From Candidatus Latescibacterota bacterium (GTDB taxonomy: Bacteria > Latescibacterota > UBA2968 > UBA8231), in the NCBI GenBank assembly GCA_965217585.1, contig OZ244561.1, forward strand, positions 4,128,001-4,192,000: DNA of 64,000 nt, given 5' to 3'. Below the pieces are notes generated by a model. That model was not told the DNA's origin. It did no database searches and worked only from the letters and a program-made list of their open reading frames with translations. How positions within the stretch are numbered: position 1 is the stretch's first letter; every line of letters begins with the position of its first letter. Positions 1-10,400 of the stretch are shown here, in pieces. Made by a program: the position numbers and the translations under genes.

Positions 1-1737
1 GACGGCGTCCACGATCACATAGTGGGTCTTCCCGCTGACAGCAGAAGGCGAGACTTTCTTGAGATCGTCGTGGTCGAGTGTGCGCGTGCCACGGCCCTTC
101 ATCTGCTCGAAATAGTTGCGACTCCTCACGTCGCGCATGAAGAGCAGGCATTCGAGCGGCCTGACGTCAGTACCCGTGGCGATCATATCCACGGTCACAG
201 CGATGCGCGGGTAGTAGTCGTTGCGGAACTGGGCGAGAACAGATTTCGGGTCTTCTTCGGTTTTGTAGGTGACCTTCTTGCAGAACTCGTTGCCTTCGGC
301 GAATTCCTCGCGCACGGTCTGGATGATGTCGTCGGCGTGGCTGTCGGTCTTGGCAAAAATAAGTGTCTTCGGGACTTCGTCGCGGCCCGGAAATATCTCA
401 GACAGTTTGTCGTGGAAGGTACGGACGACGGTGCGGATCTGGTCGGGGTTGACGACGGCACGGTCGAGCTCCTGGGCACCATAGGTGAAGTCTTCGTCTT
501 GGATCTCCCAGCGCTTTCGGCGGGTCAAGCGCTCGCGCTTTTCGACCTGCTGGCCGGTTTCGAGCCAGCCGCCGTGCTTCGTCCGTTTCGTATCGATGAC
601 GTAGATCTCGTTGCCGACATTGACGCCGTCGGCAACGGCTTGCTCATGGGTGTACTCGCTGACGATGTTCTTCTTGAAGAATCCGTAGGTGCGGTTATCC
701 GGCGTCGCGGTCAGGCCGATGAGATAGGCGTCGAAGTATTCGAGGACTTGACGCCAGAGGTTGTAAATCGAGCGGTGGCATTCGTCGATGATGATGAAGT
801 CGAAGAACTCGGGTGGAATCTTGTCGTTATAGACAACCGGCATCGATTTTTTTGGGCTAGCCATTTCCGCCGGATTGATCTCTTCGGTGGATTCGTCCAA
901 CTCCTCGCCCTTCAGGAGCGAATACATGCGCTGGATGGTGCTGATGCAGACTTGGCTGTCCTTGGCGACGTAAGACGATTTGAGCCGCTGGACGTTGTAG
1001 AGCTCGGTGAATTTCCGGTTGTCGTCACTGGGTACGTAGGCCATGCATTCCTGCTCGGCCTGTTCGCCCAGATGCTTGGTGTCTACGAGAAAGAGGATGC
1101 GCTTGGCGTCAGCGTGTTTGAGTAGCCGGTAGATCGAGGTGATGGCGGCGTAGGTCTTGCCCGAGCCAGTGGCCATCTGAATGAGGGCGCGTGGACGGTC
1201 ATTTTTGAAGGATGCTTCGAGCTTCTCAATGGCGTTGACTTGGCACGCTCTTAATCCGGAGGGGTCTAAACTCGGGAGCCCTTGGAGCCGCTCACGAAGC
1301 GAGGCCGACTGAGTGAGCCAGTCCTGTATTGTCTCTGGCCGAGGAAAGCTGAACACCTCCCGGGAGCGGGGCTTCGGATCGCATGTGTCGGTGAAGCGCG
1401 TGAGCACACCGGTGCTTTCGTAGATGAACGGAAGAGGCTCGGTATTGCTCACCCACTTGAGGTTGGCTGCGGCGTAGCTGCCGGACTGTTCCTCGACCGT
1501 CGTGATCCTCTGGCCCCAGTCCTCCGGCTTGGCCTCGACGACGCCGACGGGTTTCTTGTCGACGAAGAGGATATAGTCAGCGGGGCCGACAGATGTCTGA
1601 TACTCACGAACAGCGATCCCGAGGCCAACGCTGAAGTCGATTTTGTTGTAGTCCTGAACTATCCAACCCGCATTGGCTAGCTGTTCGTCGATTTTGTCTC
1701 GCGCCGCCTGTTCTGGCGTCTGATTTTCACTCGGCAT
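1..1737 (-). CDS. hsdR: Type I restriction enzyme R subunit (5' part; runs off window start)
   Basis: Manual minus-strand translation from ATG 1737: MPSENQTPEQAARDKIDEQL...GPADYILFVDKKPVGVVEAK (nuclease motif), QMATGSGKT (Walker A), IIIDECHR (DExH), GLTATP, VDMIATGTDV, EQMKGRGTR. Missing from the ORF track because it has no stop within the window. Confidence 0.95.
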   Translation of the reverse strand, partial: MPSENQTPEQAARDKIDEQLANAGWIVQDYNKIDFSVGLGIAVREYQTSVGPADYILFVDKKPVGVVEAKPEDWGQRITTVEEQSGSYAAANLKWVSNTEPLPFIYESTGVLTRFTDTCDPKPRSREVFSFPRPETIQDWLTQSASLRERLQGLPSLDPSGLRACQVNAIEKLEASFKNDRPRALIQMATGSGKTYAAITSIYRLLKHADAKRILFLVDTKHLGEQAEQECMAYVPSDDNRKFTELYNVQRLKSSYVAKDSQVCISTIQRMYSLLKGEELDESTEEINPAEMASPKKSMPVVYNDKIPPEFFDFIIIDECHRSIYNLWRQVLEYFDAYLIGLTATPDNRTYGFFKKNIVSEYTHEQAVADGVNVGNEIYVIDTKRTKHGGWLETGQQVEKRERLTRRKRWEIQDEDFTYGAQELDRAVVNPDQIRTVVRTFHDKLSEIFPGRDEVPKTLIFAKTDSHADDIIQTVREEFAEGNEFCKKVTYKTEEDPKSVLAQFRNDYYPRIAVTVDMIATGTDVRPLECLLFMRDVRSRNYFEQMKGRGTRTLDHDDLKKVSPSAVSGKTHYVIVDAV

Positions 1738-2016
1738 TCAGCTCATCCGCCCTTCGCCTGTGGCCCGGAGCGCATGCGAGGATCATCAGTAAGGAACTCC
1801 CGGTGATTGCCGATATGTCCGTATGAACTCATAGTGCACTTGGGAGGCAGGTGTGCTCGTGTATAGTATAGATTAAGGCGTATATAAGGCACCTTTTTGG
1901 CCCCCCTGTCAAGACGCTGAGCGCATGCAAGGCAAGAGTCTGGTAAGAAGGAGAATACGGACCGAAACAGAGCGCGAGAGGCGGCGGAACAGGTCGAATT
2001 CGATTGCTGGAGAAGT

Positions 2017-2063
2017 TAAAAAACACACGTCTCTCCGGAGAATCACCCCGGAGAGACGTGTGT
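2017..2063 (-). terminator. Rho-independent terminator downstream of tmRNA
   Basis: 16-bp inverted repeat ACACACGTCTCTCCGG (2023-2038) / CCGGAGAGACGTGTGT (2048-2063), followed by a T-run on the minus strand. Confidence 0.8.
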
Positions 2064-2074
2064 GTGTGGAAGAA

Positions 2075-2433
2075 TGGTGGAGGCGGCGGGAATCGAACCC
2101 GCGTCCGAGACCGGTTCTACCTAAATATACTACGTGCGTAGTCGGCCTTAGTTATCTCGCCTGTTGCGCTGCCGGCCGACGGGCCTCGCAACGAGCCAGC
2201 CCGAAAAATCTCGTCCCATTCCCTCGGGCGAAGGTTTGGGACCAGCCTGCTAAGAGATGTCATCGGGGCCTGCCGCGCAGGCTCAACAGACCCCAATGGG
2301 CTGCGCTAAATTTAGGCAGCCAGAGCGTACGTGTTAGTTTCGTCGCTTAATTGTTTCCCGAGGATTTACGAGGTGTCGGGACCTCGGCACGCAATTTGGG
2401 CTTCTCCGACCCCGTCGAAGCCAAGTCGCCCCC
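2075..2433 (-). ncRNA. ssrA: tmRNA
   Basis: 5' GGGGGCGACTTGGCTTCGACGGGG; 3' T-arm and acceptor GCGGGTTCGATTCCCGCCGCCTCCACCA; internal tag frame (2344-2312) encodes DETNTYALAA-stop. Confidence 0.97.
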
Positions 2434-2440
2434 TTGGAGC

Positions 2441-2470
2441 ATAATAACCGAAAATCGCGCGCAATGTCAA
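2441..2470 (-). promoter_or_regulatory. Sigma70-type promoter of ssrA
   Basis: TTGACA-18 nt-TATTAT, ending 7 nt before the mature 5' G. Confidence 0.7.
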
Positions 2471-2477
2471 CGCTCGC

Positions 2478-3434
2478 TCAGTTCACCACGTTAATCGGCG
2501 CGCCGTCCAGAAAGGCCCGCACGTTTTCTGCCGTCATTTGCATCAGTCGCTTGCGCGCCTCTAGCGTGGCCCAAGCCATGTGCGGCGTGATGAGCAGATT
2601 CGGTGCCTGCAAGAGTGGGTTGCCGCTGGCAATCGGCTCGATCGAAGCCACGTCCGTTGCCGCGGCCCGGGGCTTGCCGGCGCGCAGTGCTGCCAAAAGG
2701 TTCTGCTCATTGACGAGTGCCCCGCGCGCTGTGTTGATGAAAAGCGATCCTTCCTTCATGGTCGCCAACAACTCGGCGTTGACAAAGCCGGTGTTGTCGG
2801 GCGTCTGCGGGCAGTGCAAGCTGACCACGTCGGCTCCGGCAAAAATCTCCGCCGTGCTCTTGAGGGCAAACGGCGCGTACCCCGGCGGGTCCTTTGGCGA
2901 CGGCGCATACGCCCAGACTTCCATGCCAAAAGCGTGAGCCAACTCGCCGACGCGCTGGCCGATGCGCCCAAAGCCCACTAGCCCGATAATTTTCCCCGCT
3001 AGCTCCTTCAGCGGCGTCTCCCAAAAACACCAATAGCCTGATTCAGCCCAGCCTCCTCGATGCACCGCCGCGTCGTGATGCCCTATTCGATGGCACAGCT
3101 CCAGCAGCAGCGCCATGGTGTATTGAGCGACCGAGTCGGTGCCGTACACTGGAATATTTGACACTGAGATGGCGCGGGCGTGCGCAGCCTCCACATCGAC
3201 GATGTTGTACCCGGTGGCCGTAACCGACACAAACCGCAAGTTGGGTAGCTGGGCAAACGTCTCAGCCGTCAGCGGCACCTTGTTGGTCAAGATTACGTCG
3301 GCGTCCGCAGCCCGCTCCAAGATCAGGTCGTCTGGAGTTTTGTCGTACACCGCAAAGTCGCCCAACGCCGAGACCGGATCCCAGGGGTTGTCGCCGGGGT
3401 TTAGGGTGTGTCCGTCTAGTACTGTGATTTTCAT
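2478..3434 (-). CDS. D-2-hydroxyacid dehydrogenase (glycerate dehydrogenase/HprA-like)
   Basis: MKITVLDGHTLNPGD start, GLVGFGRIG Rossmann motif, SLHCP, INTARG, ITPHMAW. Confidence 0.9.
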   Translation of the reverse strand: MKITVLDGHTLNPGDNPWDPVSALGDFAVYDKTPDDLILERAADADVILTNKVPLTAETFAQLPNLRFVSVTATGYNIVDVEAAHARAISVSNIPVYGTDSVAQYTMALLLELCHRIGHHDAAVHRGGWAESGYWCFWETPLKELAGKIIGLVGFGRIGQRVGELAHAFGMEVWAYAPSPKDPPGYAPFALKSTAEIFAGADVVSLHCPQTPDNTGFVNAELLATMKEGSLFINTARGALVNEQNLLAALRAGKPRAAATDVASIEPIASGNPLLQAPNLLITPHMAWATLEARKRLMQMTAENVRAFLDGAPINVVN

Positions 3435-3451
3435 GGGATTCCTTTTGTTGT

Positions 3452-3481
3452 CGTAGGGGCGACCGGCCGGTCGCCCCTACG
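3452..3481. repeat. GTAG-type REP-like perfect palindrome
   Basis: CGTAGGGGCGACCGGCCGGTCGCCCCTACG, a 30-bp perfect palindrome between two genes. Confidence 0.75.
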
Positions 3482-3492
3482 TGTTGGTCGCC

Positions 3493-4443
3493 CTATTTCT
3501 GTAGTTGTCCTACGTCCCGCACGGCCCCGTGCGCCGCGCTCGTTGTCAGCGCGGCATACGCCTGTAGCGATTGGGGGATGTGGCGTTGGCGGTTGCGGGG
3601 CCGATAGGCGTCTATTTTCTGGCGACGCGCGGATAGCTCGGCGTCTGCGATTAGCACGTCGATTTTGCGATTGGGAATGTCGATGCGAATCCGGTCGCCG
3701 CTTTCCACTAGGGCTAGTGCCCCGCCCTCGGCTGCCTCTGGGGAGACGTGACCAATCGACAGCCCGGAGGTCCCGCCGGAAAAGCGGCCGTCGGTCAACA
3801 GCGCACAATTCTTGCCCAGCCCCATGGACTTGAGGTACGACGTTGGATAGAGCATTTCCTGCATCCCCGGTCCGCCCTTGGGTCCCTCGTAGCGGATCAC
3901 TACCACGTCGCCGTCGCCGACCTTGCCGCCGAGGATGCCCTCGCATGCTTCGTCCTGCGACTCGAAGATCCGGGCCGTGCCCTCAAAGACCCAGATCGAC
4001 TCATCGACGCCAGCCGTCTTCACGATGCAGCCTTCTTCGGCGATGTTGCCGAAAAGCACGGCCAGCCCGCCGTCCTGTGAATTGGAAATGCAGACGAGGG
4101 CGTCGGCCTTGTGGGCCTGCACCATGTACTCGACGCTGTCGGCGATTAGCTCGCGGCTCGGCAGGGAGTAGAGCATGCCGTCGTGGCCCATGGCAATGCC
4201 GTCGTCCACGGCAATGGTGTTGAACTCCACGCCGTAGCCGCCGTGCTGGTCGATCACTTCTTTGACCTGTTGGCCGATGGGCTGCAAATGCACGTGCCCG
4301 GGGACGAACTGGGTAAAGGAGTTGGCGATGGCGACGATGGGCTTTTGGAAGTCCTCGGTCTTCATGCCGGTGGCGCGCCACAGGGCACGCGCTCCGGCCA
4401 TGCGCCGCCCCTGTGTGGTGGTACTGCTGCGAAATGATTGCAT
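3493..4443 (-). pseudogene. ilvD: Dihydroxy-acid dehydratase with large in-frame internal deletion
   Basis: IlvD N-terminus ([10 protein letters not shown]...[10 protein letters not shown]...ADALVCISN) joins directly to the C-terminal domain ([12 protein letters not shown]...[11 protein letters not shown]...TDGRFSGG). The CDK and PTCGSC motifs are absent; 316 aa versus ~610 for full-length IlvD. Confidence 0.85.
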
Positions 4444-4484
4444 AATAGTTCTTTCAAAAAGCTGCCGTCTGGCGGCAGTGGGTT

Positions 4485-5345
4485 TCAGGTGGCAAAATCA
4501 ACTTCTAGCGCATCCCCCAAAGGCACGTAGCCGATTTTCGCATAGATGCTGTTGGAGGTTGGATTGGATAGATCGGCAAATAGGCTGCAAAACGAATAGC
4601 GCTCGGAGAGCAGTTTCTTGGTCAACGACGCGACGCATGCAGTGGCATATCCCTTGTTGCGCTGCTCGGGCGGCGTGTACACTGCGTTGACTGTTACGCC
4701 GTTTCTCATCGGGCGCGCCGCTTTGGCCATAGAGACCGGCCCATTGCAATCCCAAATGTGCAGGTGCCCATCGGCAATGAATCGCGCGGCGCTTTTCTTG
4801 GCTCTGTCGAGATCGGCTGGCTCCCCTAACGCCTCTTGCGAAAAGGAGTCCACCCACTGCGCCATGAGCGGATGGTCGTCCATGCTGGCCAAGCGCAGCG
4901 CCCCCGCAACAAGGGGTACGTCGGCGACCGTGCGTGCCTCAAATACGCGCATCCGCATGGTCTCCCTAGGCGCGGCGCTTGGCACGGCCTCGGCCCAGCA
5001 AGCGGAAAAGGCTTGTGCTGCGGACGCTGGCCCGACAACGCCAGGGACGGGCGCATCCGCTTCAAGCAGGTAGCGAACGAGATGGGTCATTGATCCTTTA
5101 ATATGAGCAACGAACTTGCTCAGGATGATTCTCCTCGGCGGCGTCATTACGGCCACGCCGACCACTTCACCTTGCTCTAAGACGCTCAATAATAGCGGTG
5201 GCTCGGGCCCGTAGCGCTGGGGATCTTTGGCGAGCGCGTACGCAAGGCCGATCGGCAAGTTGTTTTCGCTCTCATGTAATTCGAGGCAAGCACCTGCAAG
5301 CGCAATTAACTCGCTGGCGTCGGTGTGATGTATTATTTCGACCAC
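4485..5345 (-). CDS. GNAT family N-acetyltransferase
   Basis: C-terminal [13 protein letters not shown] acetyl-CoA motif and [19 protein letters not shown]. Confidence 0.88.
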   Translation of the reverse strand: MVEIIHHTDASELIALAGACLELHESENNLPIGLAYALAKDPQRYGPEPPLLLSVLEQGEVVGVAVMTPPRRIILSKFVAHIKGSMTHLVRYLLEADAPVPGVVGPASAAQAFSACWAEAVPSAAPRETMRMRVFEARTVADVPLVAGALRLASMDDHPLMAQWVDSFSQEALGEPADLDRAKKSAARFIADGHLHIWDCNGPVSMAKAARPMRNGVTVNAVYTPPEQRNKGYATACVASLTKKLLSERYSFCSLFADLSNPTSNSIYAKIGYVPLGDALEVDFAT

Positions 5346-7406
5346 TTAAAAAGCCTGACCAATGGAAAAATACAAGCGAAATCCGTCGTTGAATGCTACG
5401 TCGAGCCGGAGGGGAAAGCCCAAAGCGTAGCGCAGCCCCATCCCATAGCCATCGACCATGCGCCGCAAGGTCGCTTGGCCTGGCTTGCGCCAGACCTGTG
5501 CCCGGTCCCAAAAGCCAACGAGGCCGAAGTTGCTTCGCTGATAGCGCAATTCCCCGCGCATGTTCAGTCCGAGGCGTCCGCCGCCCGGTACGTGTATGGC
5601 GTCGTGTTCAACGCCGCGCACGGATCCCTCGCCCCCGTACGCCTTCCAATACTTCTGCGGCAGCCGCCGTCCCTCGCGTAGCGAGGCCGCCCCTCCCCCT
5701 TGCAGGGCTAGGGCCAACATCAGGCCGCGTTTAAGTGGCTGGTAATATATGAATTCGGCCTCGCTGTCGATCACATAGGTCTGATGTTGTCCCAGAATGA
5801 ACGAGGAGGCGTAGAGTCCGGTCAACTGCAAGAGCGCGCCGCGCGTGGGGGCAAAGGGGTCGTCGCGCGAATCGCGCAAAAACTCGGTCCTCAGTTCGAT
5901 CGACCGAGTGCGCTCGGTCAGAATCTGTAGCCAATCCGCAGTCACGGGGATCTTGCCGTCGCTATAGTCTATGAACTCGTCTTGGGCAAAGAAATTGCCT
6001 TTGCCAGAGAAATCGAACTCGTCATCGTCAAATAGGTCTTCCGCGTCGGTCGGCTCATCGCTGTCACTTCCTGCTCCTGCGTCTATGGTCGGTGAGTAAG
6101 CGATGCGCTCGCTCGGATCGGGCCGGGTGCGCGAGTCTTCTCCGCTAAGGGAGACTTGGGCTTGGTATATCTCGCGCCAGTTCTTGGTGAGCGCTACCTC
6201 GGTTTTCCACAAGTGCTCGACCGCAAGGTATCCGAAGGTGGCCGTGTTGATGTACTCTCGTGCGTTCGCTTCCCCGGAAAATAATAAGAGGCCGTTGAGC
6301 GCCGAATCGTTGGCCGTCAAAAGCGCGAATTGACGCCGGTCGTTCGAGTTACCCAGCGCCTCTTTCTCGTCCCATTCGTCGGTGACCCCTGCCGACAACA
6401 CCAAGTCAGCACCCGTGCCTAGCAAGTTGCGCTCGGTAAAGGACGCGGTGATGCCCTGCTCTGGCTGCCCCCAACTGGCGTCGAGGCTTAGCCGGGCACC
6501 GCGGCCCAGCCAGTTGTTGTGCTGCACGACCCCGGTCACGCGCGGCTCAATGTTGCTGAATAGGACTTCGGTACTTAGGGAAATGCGCTTTTTTTCTTTT
6601 AGGCGAACCACGATCGGCTGCAAGCTGTCGCCCGTCTCGGGAGTGAGCAAAAAGACCGAGCGGAACAGGCCGGTCCTCGCTAGTTGCTCGCGGCTTTTGG
6701 CTAGTTGTTCGGGATTGTACAAGTCTCCCTGCTCAAAGTGCAGATAGTGCTCGATTAGCTCCCTGCGCGTGTATAGCTGGTCGAGGTTTTCGACTTCGAC
6801 GGCACCGAAGTACATCTTGCGCCCGGGATCGATGTGGAAGACGACTTCGGTGCTGCGGTTGGCGCGGTCGTCCCCCATCCACTCGTTGCGCACTGCTGCG
6901 TGAGGGTAGCCGCGTTGATTGAGGAAGACCTGTAACCGACGCTCGCCTTCGAGCACCTTGCCGTAGTCGAGGGGCGCGCCGGCGCGCAAGCCGACCTGAG
7001 CGCGCAGGGTGTCGGCCGCAAAGGACGCGCCCCCTACGAGCGTTAGGGCGCGCACGGTCCACAACGCGCCGCTGTCTATTTCAATGTGAATGTGGACCCG
7101 GTTTTTGGCATCCAAGCGCAGGTATTTGCGGATGATCGCGGCGTCGCGATAGCCCTTGCTGTAGTAGAGATTGACCACTCCGCTCAGGTCATTTTTGAAG
7201 AAGCGACGATGGAAGCGCTTCCCTTCTTGGGTCAGCATGGCCGAGCGCAAGATATCGCCTTTGATGCGCTTTGCTCCTCGGTGAACGAAGCGTATCTGAG
7301 ATACTTTGTGACCATCGGCTTCGCGGGCCGATATTTCGCGCAGATCCTCTTGGGCCAAGGCCGTCCCGGCGAGGGCCAGACAGAGCACGGCGGCGAGCAC
7401 GTTCAT
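5346..7406 (-). CDS. Omp85 family (TamA/BamA-like) outer-membrane protein with POTRA domains
   Basis: Signal peptide, about three POTRA-like repeats (YYSKGY, LNQRGYP, LARTGLF), GGEGSVRG lid motif, C-terminal YFSIGQAF. Confidence 0.88.
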   Translation of the reverse strand: MNVLAAVLCLALAGTALAQEDLREISAREADGHKVSQIRFVHRGAKRIKGDILRSAMLTQEGKRFHRRFFKNDLSGVVNLYYSKGYRDAAIIRKYLRLDAKNRVHIHIEIDSGALWTVRALTLVGGASFAADTLRAQVGLRAGAPLDYGKVLEGERRLQVFLNQRGYPHAAVRNEWMGDDRANRSTEVVFHIDPGRKMYFGAVEVENLDQLYTRRELIEHYLHFEQGDLYNPEQLAKSREQLARTGLFRSVFLLTPETGDSLQPIVVRLKEKKRISLSTEVLFSNIEPRVTGVVQHNNWLGRGARLSLDASWGQPEQGITASFTERNLLGTGADLVLSAGVTDEWDEKEALGNSNDRRQFALLTANDSALNGLLLFSGEANAREYINTATFGYLAVEHLWKTEVALTKNWREIYQAQVSLSGEDSRTRPDPSERIAYSPTIDAGAGSDSDEPTDAEDLFDDDEFDFSGKGNFFAQDEFIDYSDGKIPVTADWLQILTERTRSIELRTEFLRDSRDDPFAPTRGALLQLTGLYASSFILGQHQTYVIDSEAEFIYYQPLKRGLMLALALQGGGAASLREGRRLPQKYWKAYGGEGSVRGVEHDAIHVPGGGRLGLNMRGELRYQRSNFGLVGFWDRAQVWRKPGQATLRRMVDGYGMGLRYALGFPLRLDVAFNDGFRLYFSIGQAF

Positions 7407-10400
7407 CGGAATTCTCGCTTCAGGCCGATGCCCAGTCCATAGTGATCGTGCTTGCTCTGCGCCAAACCGACGATGGTCAGGAAGGACTTGATTTTGTGCT
7501 CGACCCGCACCTCTCCCTCAGCCATCTCTTTTAGCATAGCTTCGTATCGCACCCAGAGGGGCAGGGGCAACCCCCCGAGATACTTGCCCGCGCGCAGGGC
7601 GGGAGACCCAGGCTCGGCCCCGACGATCTCACTCGACGGCAGGACTGTGAATTCATTAAGCCCTACCTTCTCGACTTGCTTGCTCAATAGCTGGCCGGCG
7701 GTGGTGCCAAAGACTGCGGCGGCTGTACTAAAGGCCTCGCTAGTCGACTCAAAGGCCTGAGCGTAGTCGGGGTTGGCCATGTTAAAGGCCAGTAAGTTGA
7801 CGGTACTCCCAGGACCTAGCTGGTCCAAGCTCTCGTTCTCAGTTGGTTCCGCGGAAAGCCGCGGCACGCTTTTCTGAGCCGGCCCTCGCAACGTCAAAGT
7901 CGCGACGTACTTCTCATTGTCATTAATGTCTGTGATTTCGTCGGTCTTAGCCTCTAAATCGAGTGTGGGATTCAATTCGAGAGGATCGTACATCACGTCG
8001 AGGATCGATTTAGTCGGCGCTAGGCGGTTGAAGACGACGCGCCCTTGAGTGATGTTGAACTGCTGATTGAGTACGAAGATCTGCCCTTCGTCTATGATTA
8101 TGTCGCCTTGGAAAAGCGGCTTGTAGAAGGTGCCGCCTACTTCAACCGCGCCCGACGCTTCGACCTCGGCTAGCTCGCTATCGAGGGCAAGGCCGCGGAT
8201 ATCGACCTCGACGGCGAGGGCCATGTTCTCCAAAAACTCGTCGCGCAACGCCGCCGGTGGCGGTGGCACGGGAAGCGTGAGGACTACGAGGCTCGCTTCG
8301 GACTTCGGCTGGTCAATGCGGATGTGCCCCGCCAACTTGGACGCGCTGACTGAGCCGGCGAAAGACAGATCCATGTCGATGGCGTCCGCCTTAAACGACT
8401 GCCCAACGGCCTCGTAGTAGGAGGTCATCCGCTCGGCTTGGAGCCGCAGGTCAAAACTAGGGTCGTCGAGCCGCGATAGGTCGAGCCTCCCAGTGAGCGA
8501 CGCGCTGCGGAACCCTCGCTTAGGTTCTTTCTCGACAGCAAAACCCACTAACTCGACCTGCCGGCCATTGAATTGCAACTGCCCGTCGGGCAGCGCGTAA
8601 ATCGGCTCTAGGTCAAGCAGGGCAAATTCGAAGTCTTCGACCCCTATTTGGCCTTGCAATGAGAGCGTTGAGTCCAACCCCTCAGCCCGGAGATCCGCGC
8701 TAATCCGGCCGTCGAGATGATCCAGTTCGGCTATTAGGTCGCCAATGAAGAGAAGTCCGATGCCGTCGGAATGCGCCTCGAGCCAGCTCTCGTCTAAAGA
8801 GAGCGCACCAGCCTGCAAGTCCCAGGGCATTCGACCGATTACGGTGAGGCTGTCGTCGAGCAAGGTCGTCCAGTTCAAGTGCCAATCGCCGCCGTGTCGG
8901 TCGCCGGTGAGCTGGCCGTGCAACTCTCCCAAGTCTGCGGTTTCCACGGCTAGATCGACGGCAACTTGAGGAGCGGACGCCGTGCCGCTAACCTCGGCGT
9001 CGAGTTGGACCAGCCCCTTGGGGCCGCCGAAGAAAGCCAAGTCCACGTCTTCGAGGGCTAGCTCCACCTTTGAGGGCTTGGTGCCCTCCAGTTGGCCCGC
9101 CAGTTGCAAGGTGCCGGCTGGCTGCAGGGCGCGGCGGTCGCGGTCGTACCGCCGCAAGCCAATCGCCACCGAGTCTAGCGCCACGCGGCCCTCGCCGAAC
9201 GCAAACCGTCCGCCGGATAGGAGATCCAGCCGTAGCGAGTCGGCTGAAGCTTGGCTCTCGATGGCCAAGCCATGCACATCGATATGCCCGGACAAGTCCC
9301 GCCAGCTCGGCATGGAATCCCCTAAGGCCGCTTCTAAGTGCCCGTCGAGGTCGAGCCGCCCGTACAGCGGGCGTCCCAAAGCATAAGTGAGTACCGGCCC
9401 CAAGTCGGCCGCCATCGCCTCGATTGCGAGCTGCGCGGGGGCTTCCCCCGGCCCGAAGAGCTGCGCGGCTGGACAGGTGAGCGCGAGGCGCACACCGGCA
9501 TTGGCGCTGAACTCGGCTAGGAGCGAATCCGCCAGCGCGAGGCGCAGCCGAGCATTGCCGAGGGCGAGGGTGTCGAGGCGCATCTCCGCCAGCGTCACCA
9601 CGCCCTGTGCCTCTGGCCTCGCTAGGGTGCCGCCGACCCGCAGATGCCCACTGCCCGCCGCGCTGAGGTCGGGCAAGAGGTTGGACAGTTCAAGGGCCGG
9701 CAACTCCGCTGCAACGGAGAGCGAATCCCTCCCGACCCAACCCGAAAGGCCCACTAGGCCGACTGGCGTTTGCAGATGTAGCGCGGTGAGATCCAGACGC
9801 CCGTTGCCATAGTCGGCCTGGAGGGGACCGTAGTTTTGCAGCGCCCATTCCCCCTGCCGCAGCAAGAGCGAGTCGAGGGCGAGGTTCGCTTGGACCGCAT
9901 CTAGGTCATCCAGCGGACCGTCCCAGCGAAAAGTCCCGTCTAACGCGGCTACTGACCCATCTGCTCCTCGTAACAAGGTATCGGCAAAATCTGCTTGAGC
10001 CGTTAAGTGCCTGGCCGCATCTAGCTCCGCCAACACGTTCACGCCCGGTCCGCCACCGGCCCCCCGCGCCGTACCCCGGTCCCAGCCCACGTCCAGCGCG
10101 AGCTCGCCGGTCTGCCAATCCGCGTACTCTAGCGGCGTGGTCGCAACGCTCCCGGCCAGCCGTAGCGCGTCGAGCGATAGCCCACCCGCCCCGCGCAAAT
10201 CCGCGTCAAGCCGTCCGCTCAACCCAGACATGACCCGCGTCAGCGCTAGTCCGTTCACGGTCGCTACCAGCGTATCGATCTCGCTGCTTTCTATGTCGAT
10301 GTCCGCCCGCGCTACTAGGAGATCGCGCTCTAAGCGCAGATCGGCCGCGAGATAGCGATTGGCGAGCAGGTGTAGATCGGCCGCGAGCGGTCCGAACTCC

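Noticed and set aside
22-1125. 367-aa plus-strand ORF
   Set aside because: Antisense shadow of hsdR, which has clear motifs on the minus strand.
1978-1998. GAGGCGGCGG...TCGAA resembling the tmRNA 3' end (att scar)
   Set aside because: Only 10 contiguous GC-rich matches; could be chance.
4454-5354. GCTTTTT(G/A)A on both sides of the GNAT gene as a target duplication
   Set aside because: 9 bp, low complexity, one mismatch; insufficient evidence.
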